From: Eledone cirrhosa
Lineage: Eukaryota
Direction: 5' to 3'
Assembly: GCA_964016885.1 (NCBI GenBank)
Contig: OZ024746.1
Coordinates: forward strand, 35,650,001-35,714,000
DNA length: 64,000 nt
Part shown: positions 14,782 through 28,883 of the stretch, piece by piece
Numbering within the stretch: position 1 is the stretch's first letter
Layout: each line of letters begins with the position of its first letter
Program-made: the position numbers and the translations under genes
The notes under the pieces: generated by a model
Database searches by the model: none
What the model was told of the DNA's origin: nothing
The model's input: the letters and a program-made list of their open reading frames with translations, nothing else

Positions 14782-16285
14782 TAACGAAGGAAATGTGGTA
14801 AGGAACCAGGTGGACCATAACGCACCAAAGTACTCAATAGTTGGGGTAGTAGAGTGGGTAATAGGAACCAGTAAGACCCCGACGGCTGAGCTCAAGCCGT
14901 TTCGACGGCTAATTCTGGACTAAATGAACATTTATCCTGGTATTTAAATAGCGATCTTCTCAAGGGGTAATTCCATATATGGTCAAAGTGATTGTCAAAA
15001 GTCAGTAGTAATTCTGTGATTGCAAATTAGTAGGGGATATGGTGGCTAAACCAGCCAGTAGGAGAAAAAGGGGAGGGGGTGAGTAGACCCAATCAAGCGT
15101 TGGTAGTGCCAGCTACAGCTGGGCAGGAGGTCAAAGAGGATACTGGGGAGGTGGAGGGGGAGGAAGTTGGAACGGTAGGTAGAACAATGAGGGTTAAAAA
15201 ATATATATGGAAGAAAAAATACTGAGAGTGAAGAAAAGCGAATAAGTGTAAAGAAAAAAGTAAAGCAAGTTCTACGACCTAAGTCTCTAGCTATTGTTAG
15301 GCTAGATAAATAAATAAATAAAGAAAGAAAGAAGTAAAGAAAGAAATAAAGAAATAACGAAATAAGTAAATGAACTAGGTGGGACGGATAGGCAACGACC
15401 CTTTTAAGAGGTATAAGTACGTAAATCATACGGTGACAGGTCAACAAATGGGGCCAAATACTAAGGAGACTACCACGAAATAAATAATAAAGGTTTCTAT
15501 CCCGGGCACAATGCCAGCAACCACCCAGTGCAGCAAAGTAAACTAGTACGAGATAATAATTCTGAGTCCCGAAAAAAATATATACTAATGCTAACTCTAA
15601 AAGATCTTAAACAAGCTACATGAAAGTTCGTACGAACTAAAGGTAGAATACGGAAAAATAAATTCAGAATCCACCCCGCCAAAAGAAAAGCGAAGAAAGA
15701 AATACTGAAACGAGAAAATAAGGCATAAGTGCCACTAAGAAATATAGAAGGCACGGAAAATAGTGGGAGCGGTCGGAAAAGGGGGCAAGTATCCGGGGTC
15801 TAAACCAACTGCTATAAAAAGCGGAGTCCGCCAAATCTATCATAGACTAGGGGAGGGGGTGGGGTACTAAGGCTACAAGGGGCCAAAGGGCAGCCTCGGG
15901 TGGTCGAGAAAAGACGCCGACAAAGAAGAAGAGCTGGGGTAGAAGGACTAAGGAGGGATGGGGGGAAGGAAATAAAGGAAGTGATAAAAGAATAAAAAGA
16001 AGATCTTACGTCTCCCTTGGCAAGCAGGGGTTACCCATTGCAATATCGGCTAGTGGGTTGTTATAGCCCTAGTCTACACCCCCCCCCCCCCGGGTCATTA
16101 TGGGGTTTGAGTGCGAGGTAAGTCCTACGCAATCTATGTTTACATGCAGTAACCAGTTCATCTTTCTTGTTTAGAGTTGGTCCGTCGAAAACAGCATTTG
16201 TAAAGTTTCCTCCGAGCATAAATTGCACGGACGGCGTCCTCCCGTGTAAGAATTGGCTCTGGACAGTAATCTCCAAGTGAGATCA
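14782..16285 (-). mobile_element. 5'-truncated Naiad-type Penelope-like element (end of GIY-YIG ORF, 3' UTR, pLTR)
   Basis: Homologous to 32165-33650 and encodes DLTWRLLSRANSYTGGRRPCNLCSEE..ELVTACKHR. TA-rich tracts lie at both ends. Confidence 0.88.
14876..14968 (-). ncRNA. Hammerhead ribozyme motif, U3-A8 core variant
   Basis: Minus strand reads ACCCC-TTGAGAA-GATCGCTA..TAGCCGTC-GAAA-CGGCT(tgagctc)AGCCG-TC|-GGGGT. Confidence 0.72.
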
Positions 16286-16296
16286 AATATATATAC

Positions 16297-16342
<46 letters not shown>

Positions 16343-16572
16343 TCTACCCCGGCATTCGCTGTCTCGGTTGTACGCGGAATTTCCTTAAAACCCAACTAAC
16401 AATTGTTCGGGAAACCACCACATTTTCGCGGAATCTTCCGCGACACTTTAATGTCATTTTACGTGGAAATATATATATTTTTTCAACGCTAGATTATGAA
16501 TAACAATGCACCGTTTTTGCCGGCCTATTGGATACCCCTTCGCATATATATATATGTGTGGTGTGTGTGGTG

Positions 16573-16668
<96 letters not shown>

Positions 16669-16676
16669 GTTATATT

Positions 16677-16709
<33 letters not shown>

Positions 16710-16713
<4 letters not shown>

Positions 16714-16922
16714 ATATAAATAAATTTGAATGCTAAAATCCCAAAAGGGCTCGATAAGGATAAATATATATCAAATATATAAGAACCGTAGTGCGTCTTC
16801 CTGTCTTCCTCCGGTTGCAACGTCTTTTGAAATATCCACTTCTGCGTTGTCAGTTTCAGAAGATCCCGTTAAGGGTTAAATCAGCGATTCTTTGCTTAAA
16901 CTTTAATCTGTTATTTTAATAA

Positions 16923-16953
<31 letters not shown>

Positions 16954-17936
16954 ATATATATATATCCAAAATTAAGTTAAATTAAGGGTGTCATGTCAGA
17001 TAGACATGCGCCATATCACCCGTAAATATGCTCCAAGATTCTAATAAATAGATCCGAGCATTTCATATCAACTAGAAATTGATTGACATAAAATATATCT
17101 AAAATAAACATATAAAACAATCACAGGGTATAATTTGTAAAGTGTGTAAGCACACACATCTAGGTAGGTAACTAAATAAACTTTAACTAAAACTTCAAAA
17201 ATAGATACCTTATAATATATTTCACCAATTAATCGATTGGTAAACGACAGTAGCCAGATCCTGGATTTTCAACAAGGAAGAGGTCCAACCATCTGTGTTT
17301 ACGCATCAAATTCAAATCAGCGACTGGCCAGTAACACGTGGTGTATTTACTAAAAATACCCACATCGTACCAGCTTCGTACTAGTGGCGTGAATAGGGTT
17401 ATCGACAACTAGAAATAGCAGTCAAGTCCTTTCAACTGAGTTAGTTCTACAATTAAGGGGCCGCATTTATATATATATCCAAAATTAAGTTAAATTAAGG
17501 GTGTCATGTCAGATAGACATGCGCCATATGACCCGTAAAATATGCTTCAAGATTCTAATGAATAGATCCGAGCATTTTATTTCAACGAGAAATTGATTGA
17601 CATATAAATATATCTAAAATAAAAATATGAACCAATTACAGGGGATAATTTGTAAAACTGGGTAAGCACACATGGCTAGGTAGGTAACTAAATAAAGTTT
17701 AACTAGAACTTCAAAAATAGATACCTTATAAATTGATTAATCTTCCTTGTATATATTCCATTAAAGAAATATATTTCACCAATTAATCGATTGGTAAACG
17801 ACAGTAGCCAGATCCTGGATTTCCAACAAGGAAGTGGTCCAACCATTCCTTGTAACACCCCCTGGTTATATATATATTATATATATATATATTTATTAAA
17901 ATAACATATTTTAGTCTTCAAATTTATTATCATAAC

Positions 17937-17968
<32 letters not shown>

Positions 17969-19067
17969 ATATATATATAGTAATAATAATAAATTTGAAG
18001 ACTAAAATCCAAAGAGGGCTCGATAAGGATAAATATATATCAAATATATAAGAACCGTAGAGCAATATTAACTCTGTAGCGGAGATTCATTCGGTATCTA
18101 GTTAGAATTTTAGTCTACGACTTCTGCTATACCATTTACGTGGTTTTGTCTTTGCGTGCTATTGTTCTCCACGCTCCACATATGGCCTATTATTTTCTTC
18201 GTTTTTTTCGTTCATTGCCAGAGAACGTCTCTATGAACCACCTAAGAGAACATTAGTCTACGACCTCTTTTATACCATAAACGAGGTTCTGACTTTCAGA
18301 TCAAAGTTTAAGCAAAGAATCGCTGCTTTCACCCTTAACGGGATCTTCTGAAAACTAACAAAGTCAATCTGTAAACGCAGAACTGGATATTTCAAAAAAA
18401 CGTTGCAACCGGAGGAAGACAGGAAGTGGCAAAGAACGGGAAAAAACGAATAATACGTCATTAATAGGAGCGGTGAAAAACAATTACGCGCAAAGACAGA
18501 GCCACGTTTATGGTATAAAAGAGGTCATAGACTAATGTTCTCTTAGGTGGTGCATAGAGACGTTCTCTGGCAATGAACGAAAACACGAAAATAATAAGTC
18601 ATATGTGGAGCGTAGAGAACAATAGCACGCAAAGACAAAACCACGTAAATGGTATAGCAGAAGTTGTAGACTAAAATTCTAACTAGGAGACCAAATGAAT
18701 CTCCGTTACCGAGTTAAGAACAAAGTAAATAAATACAATACAGAAGTAATAGAAACAAATACACGCAAACAGATACGTACATACACAAGCATACGCAAAA
18801 CCTTACCTTTCCAGCGAACGTTTCCACGAACCAAAGTATCGTCTTCCTGTCTTCCTCCGGTTGCAACGTTTTTTGAAATATCCAGTTCTGCGTTTACAGA
18901 TTGACATTGTTAGTTTCAGAAGATCCCGTTAAGGGTGAAATCAGCGATTCTTTGCTTAACTTTAATCTGTTATTTTAATAAATATTTGCTCTACGGTTCT
19001 TATATATTTGATATATATTTTCCTTATCGAACCCTCTTTGGATTTTAGTCTTCAATTTTATTATTAT

Positions 19068-19075
<8 letters not shown>
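16710..19075. repeat. Unclassified non-coding repeat cluster with nested inverted segments and a ~510 bp partial tandem
   Basis: Inverted pairs: 17975-18069/18985-19075, 18070-18283/18505-18716 and 18297-18425/18842-18968. A rearranged short copy lies at 16710-16925. A separate tandem runs 16966-17478/17479-17850. Confidence 0.8.
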
Positions 19076-19084
<9 letters not shown>

Positions 19085-19104
<20 letters not shown>

Positions 19105-19410
19105 TAAATTCAGCGAGAATCGCATTTCGGCGAGTCGAAAAAGCGAAACGAAACGCAAAATCAGAGTTATGCTGGCAAGCGCTCTATAGTTAAAAAACCA
19201 GAACTAAAGATATATGTTAAAACACCATACAAACTGAAAAAAGTGGTCAAGAAGGCATTAACTACCTAAGCCAAAAAGCAAGTCCAGCTAAACAGGTCAA
19301 ACAAAATAAATGATAAAATCATATATATAAATACATATACACATATATATAACCGACCTGGACCCAATGGAATTGATGGTAAAATCCAAATGCGTGGTTT
19401 CTATGACACC
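19085..19410. repeat. Unclassified dispersed repeat; diverged inverted copy at 29395-29705
   Basis: The shared core gctggcaagcgctctatagttaaaaa and the cctggacccaatggaat segment occur in opposite orientation. Both copies are bounded by TA tracts. Confidence 0.75.
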
Positions 19411-19501
19411 TATATATATATATATATATATATATATAGCAATACAGAGAAAGACAGAGACAGAGAGAGAAAGAGAGGGAGAGAGAGAGATACAGACAGA
19501 G

Positions 19502-19595
<94 letters not shown>

Positions 19596-19980
19596 CAAGT
19601 TAACTAGAAATTTAACCCGGACTGAACTACACAGGCGATCATTCGTCAAACGTTTTCCCCAACAATTTAGTCTAATTGAGTTGTCTCCCTTCTTATTCAA
19701 CTAGTGACATCTGCTGCGTAGAGTCCAGCCACCTCAAATATAATTCCGTTCTCAGTATACCCATACCCAAGTTGAAGAATCCTTCGGGTAAAACATGTTC
19801 TTGATTATGGATTGCTAATTTGTTGTGGAACTAACACTATTCCGAATTCGTCCTTTGGACTGATTGCTCGACGAACTTCGAATATAAACGCTCGGTTTTC
19901 TACCACTATATATTTACATATATATATAGTTAATGAATGAAATAAAGAAACCGCACACACACAAACACGCGCGCACCCAT

Positions 19981-20086
<106 letters not shown>

Positions 20087-20955
20087 TCATGTTTGCGTTT
20101 AAATATATACCTATATACACATACGCTTATTTATGTAAATGTGTATATATTTTCCCCTCCATTTCCAAGTATATACACGCACGCATATACATGGCCAGGT
20201 GCACGTACATATATATGACATTATATTATATAAGTATGCCTAACTGTTTGCACGCATGTGTATATCTAAGTCTGTGGAGCTATGCATATATTCATACGTA
20301 CTTACATACGTATGCGTAGAATGCTTAGTAATTGTTATTTATTCGAATGAGTAGCTTGCCAATTATAAGCCAAGAGAATAATTTTGGCATCGATTAGATG
20401 CCTTGTACACTCTATGCAAAATCGGCCTGAGAATTTTAATGAAGCATGCAATAAATCTTAAAACACTGACGTTGCGAATAATTATTTTGCTAAACACCTC
20501 ACATGGAAGATCGTTAACTCAGCAACAAGGCATGGAACCACACACAACTGAGGAAGTATAGGATTGATTTGGGACATTGGGAAAAACGAATGCCGTAAAG
20601 TAAGTGAACAGGTGAGATATGATGTTAGACAATTTCATGTACGCACACATGGACACCCAAACTCATATGTAGATCTGGAGAGAGAAAGAGAGAAAGAAAG
20701 AGAGAAAGTAATGGAGAGAAGGTGGAGAACGACTCAGACTTGTTTATGCGTTTGCGTATTTCCTTTCATTAAAACATGGTTTCTGTTCAAACTTGGGCAA
20801 GTGGTTTTTATTATATCGATGGCGCCTGAACTGAATATTGTAGTCGGAAGGTGAGGTATTTGGGTCCCTTTCTCGTTTCTGACAGTATGTCGTACCCTGT
20901 ATATATACAATTTTGATCAAAACGAGATCACTTGGTGCCACACTAATCTGGAATA

Positions 20956-22893
20956 GTGTCACAAAATGTTTCTGGTTACATCTCATACATTGGGCAGTTA
21001 TTCGACTCTCGGATATCGACTCTCGGCAACAACACCACGGAATCTATCAAACCCAGATTCCCAATATACCAACTGGATCGCCTACTCTGTCCACCGCCTG
21101 CCAACCGCGAGCTTGAAGAAAAACTCTCTAAGCTAAAACATTCCGTATTTAAGATCTTACGGAAACAGAAGAAGATAGACCCAAACCTCTCCAGGACACA
21201 ACACCTCGCCCTGAAGAACCTACGGAATAGGGAACTTATATACTTACCATCCGACAAAGGTAAAGAGTTTTGCATCATCTCTCAAGCCACATACAACAAC
21301 CTAGCCTTTGAACACCTAAGCGACAATGAATTATACACTGAGATCCCGGACATGACTGCAGCGCAGATCGAAAAACAGACCAACTCCATCTGGTTCGATA
21401 TCTGTAGGAGAAGACAACACCCAAATAAAGTTAAGTTCAACTACACCACTAAAAATAGCAGACTGCCCACTTTCTACCACCTCATCAAGACCCACAAGAA
21501 TATTACTAAGACGCAAATAAGACCCATCATCTCTAGCATAGAAGGACCCCTATACAAAATTTCCTGGCGCCTCTCCCAGGTCCTCAAGCCTCTACTCTCC
21601 ACCTTTCCCGGGCATGTCAGTAGCTCCGACGAAGTTATACGTAGACTACACCAACTCCAGCCAGAACAACTTAAACTAAATAAATACGCCTTTAGCCTCG
21701 ACGTTGTCTCCCTCTACACTACAGTCCCCGCTCATCCAGCTGTCGGTTTATTGACGGACTGCGTGGTCGCAGAGGACATCCACTGCTACGGCCTCCACCC
21801 GACGGACATACACCAGCTTTTGTCCTTTACAGTAGACAACACGTACTTCACCTTCCACCACCACACATACAGACAGACACCAGGATTACCCATGGGATCC
21901 CGCCTATCGGGCCTGCTGGCCATCACCTACATGAATCAGCTAGAATGCCGAGCCCTCAACACCTGCCATTCCCATACCTTCTTCATCCGATATGTAGATG
22001 GCATACTCTTCCTTACATCATCCCGTGAGGAGGCGGATAAAATATACACAACATTCTCCAGCATAGACGCCAGTATAGAGTTCAGCATGGAACACTCCGA
22101 TGACCGCGGATCCCTATCCCTACTGGACTTCCAACTCAGGGTAACAGAGGAAGGCAACATCCACACCTGCTTCTATAAGAAAAGCCGCCAGCAGGGACCT
22201 GTTCGTACGTTTCAGATCGGCCCTCCCACTCGGTGCCAAGTTCGGATACATCAGGAACGAACTAACACGTATCCGGAGCAAATGTACCAACGCTGGAGAC
22301 CGAGACACACACACCACACATTTCCTGGAAGTACTCAAACTGAACGGATACACGACATCTACCGCAAACCGTGCCAGAAAGAACAGACGACACCACACCC
22401 GAGGCACTAACACTTGCTTCCTGAAGCTCCCACACCTCAGTGAAGAAACAACAACAGCCATCCGCAGAGCTATCAGACGAGAGGGACTAGATATCCAACT
22501 GGCCCACCCAGGTCCTTCTCTACGCGGACAGCTAACCAAAAGACACTCCACCAGACATGACAACTGCTGCAGACTAGCCAACTGTCCCATCAACGACACA
22601 GACCTATGCCACCAGGCTTACGTCGTATACAGACTAGAGTGTGACAAATGCAGCAACTTCTACGTAGGTAGCTCACCAGACCACTCCACATAAGAATAAA
22701 AGAACACCTCAATATTAACGCTTCCTCATTTAAGAAACACCTAGTTAAATGCAAAAACACCGACAAAACCATAACAGTTAGGATAGAAACTAAGGAAAGA
22801 AACCTCGGCAATCTTAGAATTAAGGAAGCACTAATTATAGATAAAACACAACCACCAATCAATAATAGACTCAACACCCAATTTATAACCTGA
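20956..22893 (+). pseudogene. PLE reverse transcriptase / GIY-YIG endonuclease, frameshifted
   Basis: Motifs: LPSDKG, FYHLIKTHK..RPIIS, FSLDVVSLYT, GLPMGS, RYVDG (catalytic D lost) and LSLLD. After a shift near 22185 come VVYRLECDKCSNFYVGSS..RIKEH and EALII..PPIN. Confidence 0.88.
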
Positions 22894-23291
22894 TAGAGCT
22901 TCTAGCCCTATATTTACACCCCCCCCCCACACACACGCACGCACACACACACACACACGCTTACACCTCCACTTATTCTCTCTCACACATTCACACACAA
23001 AACCAGTTCTAACACCAGATAACACCTATCCTCCATATTTACGAATAGACATATCTTCTCACACTCAAACACACACCCACATACTTACACATTCATGCAT
23101 TCTCCCACACACTTAAACAGGCATGTATAAAAAAAACAAAAAAACAAAAACAAACCCCTTTTAAAGGGAGACTACTCTTTATTCACTTAATTTTAACTCT
23201 TTGACATTAGAGATAGAACAGATACTCTATACCATTTCCTGTCAGCATGACTTGGCAAGCTATTTAGAACACTTGTTTCAGAGCTTTACTT

Positions 23292-23328
23292 TCCTCCGAA
23301 GAAGAGATATTATCTCGAAAAGTAAGGA
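23292..23328 (+). ncRNA. Minimal hammerhead-like motif in PLE terminal repeat
   Basis: TCCT-CCGAAGA-A-GAGAT(att)ATCTC-GAAA-AG-TA-AGGA. The sister copy at 45641-45677 has the canonical CTGAAGA. Confidence 0.5.
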
Positions 23329-23444
23329 CATTTAAATAAATCTAAGGTAAAAGACTAATTGTCAACAATATCTTTTGCATTTGCATTCTTTATTCTATGT
23401 CCATACCTGCATTGTTTTGGCTTTATTATACATATACAAACGTT

Positions 23445-23502
<58 letters not shown>

Positions 23503-23764
23503 TTTCTTTTATTTGCCACTAGGGCATCAAAAGTGGGACAAGTACAAAGCGGGGAGTTTACACAAAAAGGCGTCCTCAATAAGGAGGAGGCAATAACAAA
23601 ATATAAAAATAAAATAAGATATAACAAAAAATAAAATTTTTAACAAAATCCTCAATAGAGAGGAGGCGCCTTGGGGGGTCGCACACACCCCCGAAAAAAG
23701 TGTGCAACCCTTTTCCTCAGGAGCACAGAGAGGGGGTGCTCCCTCGTTCCTTCCTCTTTTCCAC

Positions 23765-26700
23765 CTACAGGTTTATGTAAAGAGAAGGCCCATTCACACG
23801 GGCCATTCTCGCCACTTTCACCCACCTTTCATAAAAACGACTGGGGTGCAGCACCTCTCTCTCCATCCTGATCCTTCTTCCGAAATGATATCGGAAGAAA
23901 CGGACCAGTTGTTGGCCAGAGAGAAAGGTGCCTGACCTCAGTCCTTTCAGACGCGTCCACCATACAACCTCTTTCGCCATGGCTATTACGCACAGAAACA
24001 CCGCCTCTGCTTCATCTTTGAAGGGGGGAGGCGGCTTGATCATTACAATAGACTCGGTGGTCAACCGGATCGGTCCCACCCTTGACAGCAGTTGTTCGAC
24101 ATAGCCCCACAGATCGGCTACGCCCGAGCAGTGTACCAATGCGTGTGCAACGGTTTCCTCGTCGCACACGCATCTGGGACAGATCTTTTTGGCGGGGTCC
24201 CTACCCGGGCGCCCGTGTCTGTAGAGCCTTTCTCGAACGGGTAAAGCCCCTCGGTAGCACTGCCAGGCCAGGGACTTCTGGAAGTTGTCCATAGGTCCCG
24301 GGCTGAATGTCCTACCGAACAGGCCGGCTAGTTCGTCCTCCTCCATGTCTAGGGCTTCTCCGAGGGCGTCGTCGCACCTGCTGCGTACCAGCCCTTCTTT
24401 AGAATGTTGCGGTGGAGTCTCCACTGATAACCGGATCCGCCTGCCAGAGGGCGGTGAGCGCCTGGGCACACTCAGTGTGCCAGGCGCCCAGTTTTCTCGG
24501 TCTTTGCTTGACCCAGGATTGCAGCTTAGTGAGTGAGACGAGTCTGGGAAAGGTTCGTCTCACAAACGAGGCCCACACGGTTGTCCGGTGAGGAATACGT
24601 AGAGGTGCCGTAGCCTTAATGCGTGTTTACGCATCATTAGCCACGGCATCCCCAGCCCTCCTTTCGAAGGGTGTTGACAGCAGATGGATCTCCTCACCAT
24701 AGGAGCCCGCCCCTTCCAAAGGAATTGGAAGAGCGCGCGCTCCATCTTGGTGAGGGTTTCCCTTGGGCAGGGCACTACGGTCAGGCGGTAGTAGATGACG
24801 GACGCTATATAAGTGTTCGCCACCTCCGCCCGACCTTTCAGGGATAGTTTGCAACTGGCCCACTTCTGGGTCAGTGCAAACACCCTGTTCGTAACCACCG
24901 CCCAGTTTTTCTCCACCTGGAGGTCCGGTCCGAACCAGACCCCGAGCAACTTCACCGGGCCCTCCGTCCAGCGTCCGACGACGCCATCGGAGGGCATCGG
25001 TCTGCCCCTCCACGTGCCGAGTTGCAAACCGATCGACTTGTCCCGGTTCAGCTTAGCCCCTGTGAACTTTTCGTACTCCTCCAGTAAGGTGCCGACCACC
25101 TCGATTTCGGAGGCCGTCGACACCATTACTGTCACATCATCGGCGTAGGCTGACACCGCTTTCCGCAATCCCGGTTCCAAAGGGATGCCCTGCAACAACT
25201 CCAACTTCCGCAGTAGTGGCTCGAGAGTCAACACATACAGAAGGGAGGAGAGAGGGCACCCTTGTCGGATGGACCGCGCGATTTTGAACGGCTCCGAGAG
25301 GTAGCCGTTCACCTTGACCCTAGAGCAGATGCGGCTGCTGTGCATAGCAGTGATCCAGCCCCTGAAAACGGGTCCGAAGCCTGCCGCCGCTAGCACCGCA
25401 TCCAGGTAACCATGGTCGACCCTATCGAACGCCTTAGATTGATCCAAGTTGATCAGAGCCCCACCAAAGCCGGGTTCGTTCCCAACCCTCTCTATGATGT
25501 ATCGCATGAGGTGGAGGTTGTCATGGATGGACCTGGACGGGATAGCGCATGTCTGCGCATCTCCCACCAGGTTGCCCACGACAAGCGCAACCTCTTTGCT
25601 AGCACCTTGGCCAAAATCTGTAACTCTGTATTTAGCAGAGTTATGGGCCTGAAGTTACTTATTTCGTCCCCCTTGTTCTCGTCCTTCCTCACTAGCGTGA
25701 CTACGCCCTTGGTCACAGTACAGGGAATTCTCCCGTTCTGTTGCCAGTTGCAGTAGACCGCCTCGAGGAGATCGGGGAACAAGTCCGGCATAGCTAGATA
25801 TAATTCGTAAGGAAGACCATCGAGACCCGGGGATTTGCGTTTGCCGCATTGGCCCAGCACGTCTTCTATCTCAGCGGCCGAAATCGGCTCCTCGCAAGAC
25901 TTCGCCTCCCTGTCCGAGAGGCGCGGCAGGCCGTCGAGGTATGGACCGAAGTCCACGTTTCCAACCGGCTCCCCGCCCCTCCCGAACAGTCGGGCAAAGT
26001 GCCTTTGAAAGGCCTCACACATCTGCTTAGGCTCAAGAATCGCCCGTCCATCCAGGTCTCGCAAAGACCGGATGGTGGATTTAGTTCCACTGTTGGCCTC
26101 TGTCACGCGGGCCCAGCTAACAGCTTTGGCCCCCTCGTTCCCTAGAGCACGTATTTTACTTCGGACAACGCAGCCTTCGTGCTTCGCGTCGAAAAACTGG
26201 CTCAAAGCCGTTCTCGATGCTAGCACTCTGGCCACGTCGCCGCTTCTAATTGCCTCTTCTACTCTATCTATTAGCTCCCTTTCCTTCCTATTCCTATCCG
26301 CAGCTAGAACCTTACTAAATTCAATCGAGGCTACTCTAATCTCTCTCTTTAGAGATACCCACCACCTGCTGTTGACGATCGCTCCAGTCAACCGTTCCTT
26401 AACTAACGTACTAATCCGATTCCTGTAGGCTCTACTTGCCGGCAAGGACAAGTTGAGCTTCCAGTAACCGGGGCCCTGTCTATGCGTTCTATCAAGGTTG
26501 ACCATGCAGGTCACCAACTTGTGGTCTGAATAGCCAACCATGAGCATTTCTGGACAACTTAAAAAGTCCCTGTCCTTATTTCTAACTAAAAATCTATCTA
26601 GGTACGATCTAGATGATCCGCTGCGATTTGACCAAGACCAGGTTGGCACCGTCGGAAAATCTAGTCGAAATCTATCGGCCAGGTCAAATCGGCCGAGTAA

Positions 26701-27201
26701 CCCCTTGAGGCTGTTGCACCCCTCTCTATCGGGACATGCCCCTGCATAGTCCCAACGTGCATCCAGGATACCATTCCAATCCCCCACTAAAAGCAGGGAA
26801 CGGGACGTCCCTAGAAAAGACTCCAGACGCTGGAAAAAGTCGGGCCGCTCTGTCCCAAAAGGGGCATATGCGGCTATCAGCCTAAGGGCTCTACCTTCAC
26901 CACTGCCAAGGTCCAGCACCACCAGTCGACCCCCTGGGTCCAAGTGAACTATCTGTGTTGCAAGGCCCATATGTTTTTGCAGCAGAACGACAACCCCACC
27001 CCCACCTCCGGGCTGACAGAGAGATGCGTGCATCTCAAAGTCGTCAAAGGTGGGGGCTAGCTGTCGGATGCTGCTGATCCGGGCCTCGCAGATAACCATC
27101 ACATTTATAGATTGTGACCTGAGGTCATTTAGAAGCATTGCTTGCTTCCAAGACGAGCCCAGGCCACGCGCATTTAGACACCCTACTCTTAGCACAGCCA
27201 T
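23765..27201 (-). pseudogene. Tx1 ORF2: apurinic-like endonuclease, reverse transcriptase, C-terminal zinc finger (at least 2 frameshifts)
   Basis: APE motifs: GCLNARGL, GDWN, YLDRFLV, SDHK. RT motifs: KSPGLDG, NFRPITLLN, LDQSKAFDRVDH, RQGCPLS, YADD. Zinc finger: CPRC..ETVAHALVHC. Confidence 0.93.
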
Positions 27202-27225
27202 GTTGGTGGTAAAGAGAAAAGGCAC

Positions 27226-28852
27226 TTACCTCTCTGCGTCCCGGGAAACGGGCCGCTCAATTTCCATGCTGGTTGGGGATGGGTTGTTGGGTGGGGTTGT
27301 GGTTTGTGGAAGTGAAGGGGCATCGGTGTGTTGTGGGGTTGGGGTGTTTGTCGTTGAGTGGGTGTCTGGGTGGGGTGGGGGGGTGAAATTTTTTAGGAGG
27401 ACGCGGTTGATTGGTTTGACGCAGGGGGGGCCCACGTCCTCCGTGAAATTTATTTTCAGTGTTTTGTACAAGTGCATTGGGACTTTTATCATTTTCAAAT
27501 GAGGTAGTCCCACAGCAGTTATAAAGTTTGGCCCTTCAGTTTGGACCGAAGTATTTGCTGAAATTGTTTTCCGTAATTTTTTGTTGTCTGTGTTCATGTA
27601 TGTGTATTGTAATGTCTTTTTTTGTGTAGCAGTTAGTGTTGTGTGACAGGGAGGGGTGGTTTGTGTGTAGTTTGTGTTCTCTTGGGGGGGATTAAAGTTA
27701 ACATGTGTGTCTGTGGTGCGTCTCCTCTTCTTTCTTTTTACTTGTTGGAAGGGATCTTTTTCGTCTTGCGACGAAAGAGGTTCGTCTTCCTTGTTGGGTG
27801 GGAGGGGTATGTTTTCTGGTAGAGTTTGCGGTGTGCGTGTTTTTGTATTTGTTTTGGGTGGGACAGTATTCTGTGTTATTTTTTCACGTGTTTGTTGTTG
27901 TTGTTGTTGTGGTGGTGGTGGTGGGGTTGTTGGTTTTTGTTGTTGTTGTGGTTGTTTTTGTTGTTGTAGTTGGGGTGGTGTTGGTGTTGGTAGCAGTGTT
28001 TTTTCTGTGTGAGCTGGGGACAGGCAGCCCTCAGGTGACCTCTATTGCCACAGAGGTAACAGGAGGGACGCCTACCCTCCACAATAATGTTGAGGTGGGT
28101 ACGGTCATCCAGCATGACGCGCTCAGGGATTTGGGCGATGCGTTCTGGCCTTATTTGGGTCAGAACTTCGAGGCTCGTTCCACTGAACGCGTCGCCGGAT
28201 GCCTTCCCTATTGAGATGAGGTTGTCCTCGTCTAAATTGAGGAAACCGGTTAGTAACCACCAGTAGTTTATGTTTGGGGTGATGGTGGTTATCCATATCC
28301 TCTGGGTTTTTTTACCCATGTAGGTGGGGAAGAAGGTGTAGTGTGTGGACCGAATTGGCGACACAGAGTATTTTTTTGCCGCCAATTCGTCTTTCATCAA
28401 TATGGATAAACTCCCATAGAGTTTATCCTTTTGTATGAAAGTGATGTCTCTCATCGCGTCTTTCAAGACTAACTGAGTTTCCGCTTGAGATGGTTGCGCT
28501 GGTTTCTTTGTTTTATTTAAAATTGTTCGGAATACGACAGTTCGTAATTCCGTCTGTCTTTTTAGCTCCGGAGGTGAATGTATAGAAAACGATCCGTTTT
28601 CGCCAAAAGACACATATTTCTTGGCTTTTTCCAGCATTTCTTTTGCTTTTGAAATATCTTCCAGCACATAAGCGACTGATAATTTAGCCGTTTGTGCAAA
28701 AGATATTTTGTTTTCGTTTTGGATATTAGTATTGTTTTGTTTCTCGTCGTTTGAGTTGTTTTCATCTTTGTTGTTGTTGTTGTTTTTCTCGTTTCGTGTG
28801 TGGATACTTGTGACGTTTGTGTTGTTGTTGTTTTTGTTGTCTTTATCGTTGC

Positions 28853-28883
<31 letters not shown>

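Larger units (their letters stand above)
20956..23445 (+). mobile_element. Penelope-like retroelement (RT + GIY-YIG), 5'-truncated, clade unassigned
   Basis: Contains the RT/endonuclease ORF, a 3' UTR and an HHR-bearing terminal region that ends in (TA)n. The terminal region recurs at 45530-45717. Confidence 0.88.

Noticed and set aside
16339-16450. TA-CAGTCTACCCCGGCATTCGC.., resembling a pogo/Tigger-like TIR
   Set aside because: No partner TIR was found, so it is too weak to call.
18910-18955. CAGAAGA-TCCC(gttaa)GGGT-GAAA hammerhead-like string (also near 16855 and 18330)
   Set aside because: The core is non-canonical and I could not form a stem I in type I or type III topology.
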